The position numbers and the translations under genes are program-made. This document shows, one piece after another, positions 55,768 through 64,000 of a DNA stretch of 64,000 nucleotides; within the stretch, counting starts at the first letter, position 1; each line of letters begins with the position of its first letter. The notes under the pieces are model-generated. The model was given only the letters and a program-made list of their open reading frames with translations, searched no databases and was not told the origin of the DNA. Origin of the DNA: Squalus acanthias (taxonomy: Eukaryota); the NCBI GenBank assembly GCA_030390025.1, contig CM059438.1:58344001-58408000 (forward strand). Reading direction: 5' to 3'.

Positions 55768-58700
55768 GGTACAGACAGAATTTGGAAATGGAGCTGGGTA
55801 CAGACAGACTATCGGAATGGAGCTCGATCCAGACAGACTCTGTGAATGGAGCTGGGTACAGACAGATTAGAGAATGGAGCTTCGTTCAGAGAGACTGGGG
55901 AATGGAGTTGGGTACAGGCAGACTAGGGGAATGGAGCTGATTACAGACAGATTCTTGGGAATGCAGCTGGTTACAGACAGATTGGGGAACGGAGCTGGAT
56001 ACAGACAGACTGGGGAATAGAGTACAGACAGATTCTGGGAATGGAGCTCGGTACAGATAGACTCTGGGGAATGGAGCTGTGTGCAGAAGACTGGGGAATA
56101 GAGCTGGGTACAGACAGACTTTGGGGAATGGAGCTGGGTACAGACAGAGTGCGGAATGGCGTTGGGTAGTGGCAGAGTCTGGGAATGGAACTGGGTACAG
56201 ACAGAATTTGGGAATGGAGCTGGGGACGGACAGACTGAGGAATAGCGTTGGGTAGAGGCAGAGTCTGGGAATGGAGCTGGGTACAGACAGACTCTTGGAA
56301 TGTTGCGGGGTACAGAAAGACTCTGGGAATGGAGCTGGGTACAGCCAGACTTCGGGAATGGAGCTGGGTATAGGCAGACTCTGGGGAATGGCGTTGAGTA
56401 GATGACAGACTCTTGGAATGGTGATGGGTACAGACAGACTATGGGAATGGAGCTGGGTGCAGACAGACTGAGAATGGAGCTGGGTACAGTCAGATTCTGG
56501 GGAATGGAGCTGAGTACAGAGAGACTCTGGGGATTGGATCTTGTATGGACAGACATTGGGAAATCGAGCTGGGTAGAGACAGACTCTGGGAATACAGCTG
56601 TGTACAGACAGACTCTGCGAATGGATCTGGTTACAGAAAGACTGGGGAATGGAGCTGGGTACACAAAGACTCTGCGAAGGGAGCTGGGTACAGACAGACT
56701 GGAGAATGGAACTGGGTACAGACAAACTCTGGGGAAAGGAGCCAGGTACAGACAGTCTCCGGGAATCGAGCTGGGTACAGGTTGATTCTGGGGAATGGAG
56801 CTGGGTACAGACAGTCTATGGGGAATGGAGCTCGGTACAGGCGGACTCTGGGGAATGGATTGGGTACAGACAGACTCTGGGAATGGAGCTGGGTACAGAC
56901 AGACACTGGGAATGGAGCTGGGTACAGACAGACTGAGGAATGGCGTTGGGTAGAGGCAGAGTCTGGGAATGGAGCTAGGAACAGACAGACTCTTGGAATG
57001 GTGCTGGGTACAGAAAGACTCTTGGAATGGAGCTGGGTACAGACAGACTGGAGAATGGAGCTGGTTACAGTCAGATTCTGGGGAATGGAGCTGGGTACAG
57101 ACAGACTCTGTGGAATGGATCTTGTACAGACAGACATTGGGAAATCGAGCTGGGTACAGACAGACTCTGGGAATACAGCTGTGTACAGACAGACTCTGGG
57201 AATGGATCTGGTTACAGAAAGACTGGGGAATGGAGCTGGGTAGATAAAGACTCTGCAAAGGGAACTGGGTACTGAAATACTCTGGGAAGGGAGCTGGGTA
57301 CAGACAGACTGGAGAATGGAACTGGGTACAGACAGACTCTGGGGAAAGGAGCCGGGTACAGACAGTCTCCAGGAATCGAGCTGGGTACAGGCGGACTCTG
57401 GGGAATGGAGCTGGGTACAGACAGACTCTGTGAATGGAGCTGGGTACAGGCAGACTAGGGGAATGGAGCTGGGTACAGACAGACCCTGGGAATGGAGCTG
57501 GGTACAGGCAGACTATGGGAATGGAGCTGGGTACAGACAGACTCTGGGAATGGACCTGGGTACAGACAGGCTCTGGGGAATGGAACTCGGTACAGACAGA
57601 CTCTGTGAATGCAGCTGGTTACTGACAGACTGCGGAACGGAGCTGGATTCAGACAGACTGTGGAATGGAGTACAGACAGATTCTGGGAATGGAGCTCGGT
57701 ACAGATAGACTCTTGGGAATGGAGCTGGGTACAGAAGACTGGGGAATAGAGCTGGGTACAGAGAGATTTTGGTGAATGGAGCTGGGTACAGACAGACTCT
57801 GGGGGATGGAGCTGGGTACAGACAGACTATTGGAATGGAGCTGGGTACAGACAGACTGGAGAATGGAGCTGGGTACAGTCAGACTCTGGGAATACAGCTG
57901 TGTACAGACAGACACTGGGAATGGATCTTGTTACAGACAGACTGGGGAATGGAGCTGTGTACATAAAGACTCTGCGAAGGCAGCTGGGTACTGACATACT
58001 CTGGGAATGGAGCTGGGTACTGACAGACTCTGGGAATCGAGCTGGGTACAGACAGACTGGAGAATGGAACTGGGTACAGTCAGATTCTGGGGAATGGAGC
58101 TGGGTACAGACAGACTCTGTGGAATGGAACTTCTACAGACAGACTTTGGAAAATCGAGCTGGGTACAGACAGACTCTGGGAATACAGCTGTGTACAGACA
58201 GACTCTGGGAATGGATCTCATTACAGACAGACTGGGGAACGGAGCTGGGTACAGACAGACTCTGTGAATGGAGCTGGGTACAGACAGACTGTGTGAATGG
58301 AGCTGGGTACAGACAGACTCTGTGAATGGAGCTGGGTACAGGCAGACTAGGGGAATGGAGCTGGGTACAGACAGATTCTGGGGAATGCAGCTGGTTACAG
58401 ACAGACTGGGGAACGGAGCTGGATACAGACAGACTGGGGAACGGAGCTGGATACAGACAGACTGGGGAATAGAGTACAGACAGATTCTGGGAATGGAGCT
58501 CGGTACAGACAGACTTTGGGGAATGGATCTTGTACAGACAGACATTGGGAAATCGAGCTGGGTACAGACAGACTCTGGGAATACAGCTTTGTACAGACAA
58601 ACTCTGGGAATGGATCTCGTTACAGACAGACTGGGGAATGGAGCTGGGTACATAAAGTCTCTGCGAAGGGAGCTGGGTACAGACAGACTGGAGAATGGAA

Positions 58701-61700
58701 CTGGGTACAGACAGACTGGAGAATGGAGCTGCGTACAGGAAGACTCTGGGGAATGGAGCTGGGTACAGACAGACTTCAGGAATGGAGCAGGCTATAGACA
58801 GACTCTGGGGAATGGAGCTCGGTACAGGCGGACTCTGGGGAATGGAGCTGGGTAGAGACAGACTCTGGGGAATGGAGCTGGTTACAGAGAGACTGTGGAA
58901 CAGAACTGGATACAGACAGACTGTGGAATGGAGCAGGGTTCAGAGAGAATGGGGAATTAAGCTGGGTACAGACAGACTCTTGGAATGGAGCTGTGTACAG
59001 ACAGACACTGGGAATGGTGTTGGGTACAGACGGACTCTGGGGAATGAAGCTGGGCACAGACAGATTCTGGGAATGGAGCTGGGTACAGTTAGACTCTGGG
59101 GAATTGAGCTGGGTACAGACAGTCTCTGGAGAATGGAGTTGGGTACAGACAGACTGAGGAATGGTGCTGGGTAGCGGCAGAATCAGGGAATGGAGCTGGA
59201 TAGAGACAGAATTTGGGAATGGAGCTGGGTACAGACTGTCTCTGGGGGATGGAGCTGTGTACAGACAGACTGAGGAATGGAGTTGGGTAGAGGCAGAGTC
59301 TGGGAATGGATCTGGGTACAGTCAGAATTTGGGAATGGAGCTGGTTACAGACAGTCTGAGGAATGGCGTTGAGTAGAGGCAGAGTCTGGGAATGGAGCTG
59401 CGTACAGACAGACTATTGGAATGGATCTGGGTACAGACAGACTCTGGGAATGGAGCTGGCCCCAGACAGACTGGAGAATGGAGCTAGGTACAGTCAGATT
59501 CTGGGGAATGGAGCTGGGTACAGACAGACTCTGGGGAATGGATCCTGTGCAGACAGACATTGGGAAATCGAACTGGGTACAGACAGACTCTGGGAATGGA
59601 TCTGGTTACAGACAGACTCTGGGAATGGATCTCGTTACAGACAGACTGGGGAATGGAGCTGGGTACAGACAGACTCTGCGAAGGGAGCTGGGTACTGATA
59701 TACACTGGGAATGGATCTGGTTACAGACAGACTGGAGAATGGAACTGGGTACAAACAGACTCTGGGGAAAGGAGCCGGGTACAGACAGACCACAGGAATG
59801 GAGCTGGATATAGACAGACTCTGGGGAATGGAGCTGGTTACAGAGAGACTGGGGAACGGAGCTGGATACAGACACACACTGGGAATGGTGCTGGGTACAG
59901 ACGTACTCTGGGGAATGGAGCTGGTTACAGACAGACTGGGGAATGGAGCTGTGTACAGACACACACTGGGAATGGTGCTGGGTACAGACGTACTCTGGGG
60001 AATGGAGCTGGGAACAGACAGATTCTGGGAATGGAGCTGGGTACAGACAGATTCTGGGAATGGAGTACAGACAGATCTGGGAAACGGAGCTGTTTACAGA
60101 CAGACTGGGGAATGGAGTACAGACAGATTCTGGGAATGGAGCTTGGTACAGATATGCGCTGGGGAATGGAGCTGGTTATGATAATCTCTGGGGAATGAAG
60201 CTGTGTACAGACAGACTGAGGAATGGAGTTGGGTAGAGGCAGCGTCTGGGAATGGAGCTGGGCACAGACAGAATTTGGAAATGGAGCTGGGTCCAGACAG
60301 ACTATGGGAATGGAGCTGGGTACAGACAGAATCTTGGGAATGGAGCTGGGTACAGAAGACTGGGGAATAGAGCTGGGTACAGACAGATTTTGGGGAATGG
60401 AGCTGGGTACAGACAGTCTCTGGGGGATGGAGCTGGGTACAGACAGAATGAGGAATGGTGTTGAGTAGAGGCAGAGTCTGGGAACAGAGCTGGATACAGA
60501 CAGACTGGGGAATGGAGCAGGGTTCAGAGAGAATGGGGAATTAAGCTGGGTACAGACAGACACTGGGAATGGTGTTGGGCACAGACAGATTCTGGGAATG
60601 GAGCTGGGTACAGACAGTCTCTGGGGAATTGAGTTGGGTACAGACAGACTCTGGGAATGGAGCTGGGTACAGACAGAGTCTGGGGAATGGAACTCGGTCA
60701 AGTCGGACTCTGGGGAATGGAGCTGGGTACAGACTGACTCTGTGAATGGAGCTGGGTACAGACAGACCCTGGGAATGGAGCTGGGTACAGACAGACTATG
60801 GGAATGGAGCTGGGTACAGACAGACTCTGGGAATGGAGCTGGGTACAGACAGGCTCTGGGGAATGGAACTCGGTACAGACAGACTCTGTGAATGGAGCTG
60901 GGTACAGACAGACTATGGGAATGGAGCTGGGCACAGAAGACTGGGGAATAGAGCTGGGTACAGACAGACTTTTGGGAATGGAGCTGGGTACAGACAGTGT
61001 CTGGGGGATGGAGCTGTGTACAGAGAGACTGAGGAATGGAGTTGAGTCGAGGCAGAGTCTGGGAATGGAGCTGCGTACAGAAAGACTATTGGAATGGATC
61101 TGGGTACAGACAGACTCTTGGAATGGTGCTGGGTACAGAAAGACTCTGGGAATGGAGCTGGCCCCAGACAGACTGAAGAATGGAGCTGGGTACAGTCAGA
61201 TCTGGGGAATGGAGCTGGGTACAGACAGACTCTGGGGAATGGATCCTGTACAGACAGACATTGGGAAATCGAACTGGGTACAGACAGACTCTGGGAATAC
61301 AGCTGTGTACAGACAGACTCTGGGAATGGATCTGGTTACAGACAGACTGGGGAATGGAGCTGGGTACAGACAGACTCTGCGAAGGGAGCTGGGTACTGAC
61401 ATACACTGGGAATGGATCTGGTTACAGACAGACTGGAGAATGGAACTGGGTACAGACAGACTCTGGGGAAAGGAGCCGGGTACAGACAGACCACAGGAAT
61501 GGAGCTGGATATAGACAGACTCTGGGGAATGGAGCTGGGTACAGACAGACTTCGGGAATGGAGCTCGGTACAGGCGGACTCTGGGGAATGGAGCTGGGTA
61601 CAGACAGACTCTGGGGAATGGAGCTGGTTACAGAGAGACTGGGGAATGGAGTACAGACAGATTCTGGGAATGGAGCTTGGTACAGATATGCGCTGGGGAA

Positions 61701-63165
61701 TGGAGCTGGTTATGATAGTCTCTGGGGAATGAAGCTGTGTACAGACAGACTGAGGAATGGAGTTGGGTAGAGGCAGCGTCTGGGAATGGAGCTGGGCACA
61801 GACAGAATCTTGGGAATGGAGCTGGGTACAGACAGACTATGGGAATGGAGCTGGTTACAGACAGAATTTGGAAATGGAGCTGGGTACAGACAGACTATGG
61901 GAATGGAGCTGGGTACAGACAGAATCTTGGGAATGGAGCTGGGTACAGAAGACTGGGGAATAGAGCTGGGTACAGACAGATTTTGGGGAATGGAGCTGGG
62001 TACAGACAGTCTCTGGGGGATGGAGCTGGGTACAGACAGAATGAGGAATGCTGTTGAGTAGAGGCAGAGTCTGGTAATGGAGCTGCGTACAGACAGACTA
62101 TGGGAATTGAGCTGGGTACAGGCAGACTCTTGGAATGGAGCTGGGTACAGAAAGATTGGAGAATGGAGCTGGGTACAGTCAGATTCTGGGGAATGGAGCT
62201 GGGTACAGACAGACTCTGCGAATACAGCTGTGTACAGACAGACTCTGGGAATGGATATGGTTACAGACAGACTGGGGAATGGAGTTGGGTACATAAAGAC
62301 TCTGCGAAGGTAGCTGGGTGCTGACATACTCTGGGAATGGAGCCGGGTATAGACAGTCTCCAGGAATCGAGCTGGGTACAGGAAGACTCTGGGGAATGGA
62401 GCTGGGTACAGACAGACTTCTGGAATCGAGCTGGGTATAGACAGACTCTGGGGAATGGAGCTCGGTATAGGCGGACTCTGGGGAATGAAGCTGGGTACAG
62501 ACAGACTCTGTGAATGGACCTGGGTACAGGCAGGCTAGGGGTATGGAGCTGGTTACAGACAGACTGTGGGGAATGGATCCTGTACAGACAGACATTGGGA
62601 AATCGAACTGGGTACAGACAGACTCTGGGAATACAGCTGTGTACAGACAGACTCTGGGAATGGATCTCGTTACAGACAGACTGGGGATTGGAGCTGTGTA
62701 CATAAAGACTCTGCGAAGGCAGCTGGGTACTGACATACTCTGGGAATGGAGCTGGGTACTGACAGAATGGAGAATGGAACTGGGTACAGACAGACTCTGG
62801 GGAAAGGAACTGGGTACAGACAGTCTCCAGGAGTCGAGCTGGGTACAGGAAGACTCTGGGGAATGGAGCTGGGTACAGACAGACTTCGGGAATGGAGCTT
62901 GCTATAGACAGACTCTGGGTAATGGAGCTCGGTACAGGCGGACTCTGGGGAATGGAGCTGGGTACAGACAGACTCTGGGGAATGGAGCTGGTTACAGAGA
63001 GACTGTGGAACAGAGCTGGATACAGACAGACTGGGGAATCGAGCAGGGTTCAGAGAGAATGGGGAATGAAGCTGGGTACAGACAGACTCTTGGAATGGAG
63101 CTTGGTACAGACAGACACTGGGATTGGTGTTGGGTACAGACGGACTCTGGGGAATGCAGCTGGTT

Positions 63166-63181
63166 ACATAGAAACATAGAA
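63166..63181 (-). repeat. CR1 3' terminal octamer repeat (TTCTATGT)2
   Basis: The plus strand reads ACATAGAA ACATAGAA at 63166-63181, matching the short 8-bp terminal repeats characteristic of CR1. Confidence 0.85.
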
Positions 63182-63185
63182 GATA

Positions 63186-63224
63186 GGAGCAGGAGTAGGC
63201 CATTCGGCCCCTCGAGCCTGCTCC
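63186..63224 (-). promoter_or_regulatory. CR1 3' UTR stem-loop (putative RT recognition element)
   Basis: GGAGCAGG (63186-63193) and CCTGCTCC (63217-63224) are a perfect 8-bp inverted repeat enclosing GGCC-GAAT-GGCC (63198-63209, read on the minus strand). CR1/L2-type LINEs are known to carry 3' stem-loops; the function here is inferred. Confidence 0.75.
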
Positions 63225-63258
63225 GCCATTCGATGAGATCATGGCTGATCATCTAAAC

Positions 63259-63993
63259 TCAGTACCCTGTACCTGCCTTCTCCCCATATCCCTTGATACC
63301 TTTAGCTATAAGAAATATATCTAACTCATCCTTGAATATATTTAATGACTTCGCCTCAACTACCTTCTGTGGTAGAGAATTCCACAGGTTCACCACTCTC
63401 TGGGTGAAGAAATTCTTCCTCTTTTCTGTCCTAAATGGTTTACCCGTTATCTGTAGATTATGACCCCTGCTTCTGGACTCTCCGACCATCGTGAACATTC
63501 TTCCTGCATCTAGTTTGTCCAGACCTGTCAGAATTTTATATGTTTCGATGAGATCCCCTCTCATTCTTCTATACTCCAGTGAGTATACGCCCAATCGACC
63601 CAATCTCTCCTCATATGTCATTCCTGCCATCCCAGGTATCAGCCTTGTGAATCTTCGCTGAACTCCTTCCATGGCAAGAACATCCTTCCTCAGATAAGGC
63701 GACCAAAACTGCACACAGTACTCAAGGTGTGGTCTCACCAAGGCCCTGTACAACTGCAGCAGGACATCCCTTTTCCTATACTCAAACCCTTTCGCTATGA
63801 AGGCCAACATACCATTTGCCTTCTTCACCGCCTGCTGCACCTGCATGCTTACTTTCAGCGACTGGTGCACAAGGACACCCAGGTCTCGTTGCACTTCCCC
63901 TTCTCCCAATCTATTGCCATTCAGATAATAGTCTGCCTTTCTGTTTTTGACACCAAAGTGGATAACCTCGCATTTATCCACATTATACTGCAT
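63259..63993 (-). CDS. CR1 LINE ORF2 C-terminal fragment (end of RT/thumb and C-terminal domain), partial; the ATG at 63993 is internal
   Basis: The 244 codons have no stop or frameshift and include MQYNVDKCEVIHFG, RDLGVLV, LYRALVRPHLEYCVQFWSPY, EGVQRRFTRLIPG, YEERL, RRMRGDLIETYKIL, RSRGHN and FFTQRVVNLWNSLP. The TGA stop is at 63261-63259. The catalytic RT motif lies outside this fragment. Confidence 0.9.
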   Translation of the reverse strand: MQYNVDKCEVIHFGVKNRKADYYLNGNRLGEGEVQRDLGVLVHQSLKVSMQVQQAVKKANGMLAFIAKGFEYRKRDVLLQLYRALVRPHLEYCVQFWSPYLRKDVLAMEGVQRRFTRLIPGMAGMTYEERLGRLGVYSLEYRRMRGDLIETYKILTGLDKLDAGRMFTMVGESRSRGHNLQITGKPFRTEKRKNFFTQRVVNLWNSLPQKVVEAKSLNIFKDELDIFLIAKGIKGYGEKAGTGY

Positions 63994-64000
63994 ATACCCT

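Larger units (their letters stand above)
1..63168 (+). repeat. Tandem satellite DNA array, ~29-30 bp monomer GGG(G)AATGGAGCTGGGTACAGACAGACTCT, ~2,170 copies, continues beyond the left edge
   Basis: The monomer is readable throughout, always in the same orientation, and I saw no unique sequence before 63,169. Length variants are 30 (GGGG), 29 (GGG or GTG), 28 (no terminal CT), 27 (CAGAAGACT) and 25 (GGAGTACAG, no CTGGG). The 29-mer consensus has 11 G, 8 A, 5 C and 5 T. Confidence 0.98.
37981..63168 (+). repeat. Diverged, mosaic satellite domain with the same monomer but different diagnostic variants
   Basis: The left-domain 7 kb order stops after ~37,980. New variants appear here that I did not see on the left: GACCACAGG, GGCCCCAG, GATATGCGCT, GGTCAAGTCGG, TACTGACATAC, GCTAGGAAC and AATTAAGCT. 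Confidence 0.8.
63166..64000 (-). mobile_element. CR1-clade LINE retrotransposon, 3' portion (ORF2 C-terminus, short 3' UTR, 8-bp repeat tail)
   Basis: The translation has typical CR1 ORF2 C-terminal motifs. It is followed by a ~75 nt 3' UTR with a stem-loop and a terminal 8-bp repeat instead of poly(A). The UTR (GATCAGCCATGATC...GAATGGCGGAGCAGGCTCGAGGGGCCGAATGGCCTACTCCTGCTCC) resembles elasmobranch HER1/HE1-type 3' ends from recall; no search was run. Confidence 0.95.

Noticed and set aside
1..63168. CRISPR array (repeat length ~29-30 bp)
   Set aside because: Monomers are directly adjacent with no unique spacers, no leader and no cas genes, and the context contains a vertebrate-type LINE.
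1..63168. Human satellite II/III (GGAAT)n or telomeric repeat
   Set aside because: GGAATGGA occurs once per 29-30 bp monomer rather than as tandem pentamers, and there are no TTAGGG arrays.
1..63168. Bkm-type (GACA)n microsatellite or sex-chromosome marker
   Set aside because: There are only about two GACA units per monomer and no expanded GACA/GATA tracts.
1..63168. Chi-like or minisatellite core recombination signal (GGAGCTGGG vs GCTGGTGG)
   Set aside because: The match is only partial and expected for any G-rich repeat. No functional inference is possible from sequence.
1..63168. Inversions or embedded unique islands within the array
   Set aside because: Reading by eye, I found no reverse-orientation monomers or non-satellite stretches before 63,169. 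Very short ones could have been missed.
113..63256. Hundreds of ORFs with W/G/S-rich or P/S-rich repeats (mucin-like or repeat-protein gene)
   Set aside because: They occur in all six frames, monomer lengths of 25-30 bp shift frame continually, and variants introduce stops freely. I saw no frame conservation, unique domain or exon structure.
62510..63256. ORFs crossing the satellite-LINE junction (62510-63256 +, 62670-63242 -, 62992-63252 -) as fusion genes
   Set aside because: They are read-through of stop-poor satellite into the non-coding LINE 3' UTR, not in the ORF2 frame, and there is no evidence of expression.
63259..63993. Standalone host or domesticated gene, or prokaryotic RT system (retron, DGR) paired with a repeat array
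   Set aside because: The motifs, 3' UTR hairpin and octamer tail are those of an ordinary CR1 LINE. The start Met is internal and adjacency to the array is explained by insertion.

Overview
This window is eukaryotic repetitive DNA with no host gene. Positions 1-63,168 form one uninterrupted, single-orientation tandem satellite array of about 2,170 monomers (length/29 estimate). The consensus is GGG(G)AATGGAGCTGGGTACAGACAGACTCT (29/30 bp), with recurrent 25, 27 and 28 bp variants. The left domain (1 to ~38 kb) is homogeneous and hierarchical: ~3-3.9 kb half-units form a ~6.6-7.0 kb higher-order repeat (HOR), and a ~12.2-13.3 kb block is duplicated on top of that. The right domain (~38-63.2 kb) is more diverged and mosaic, with its own 4.07/4.71 kb duplication. 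At 63,166 the array is cut mid-monomer by the 3' end of a CR1-clade LINE on the minus strand, with an intact ORF2 C-terminus, a 3' stem-loop and a (TTCTATGT)2 tail. From recall, this 3' end resembles cartilaginous-fish CR1 (HER1/HE1-type), so a shark, ray or chimaera host is inferred but not verified. The hundreds of ORFs in the track are artefacts, because the consensus monomer has no stop codon in any of the six frames. I found no demonstrable new biological system. The best leads are the multi-level HOR architecture, the switch-region-like monomer composition and the LINE junction.
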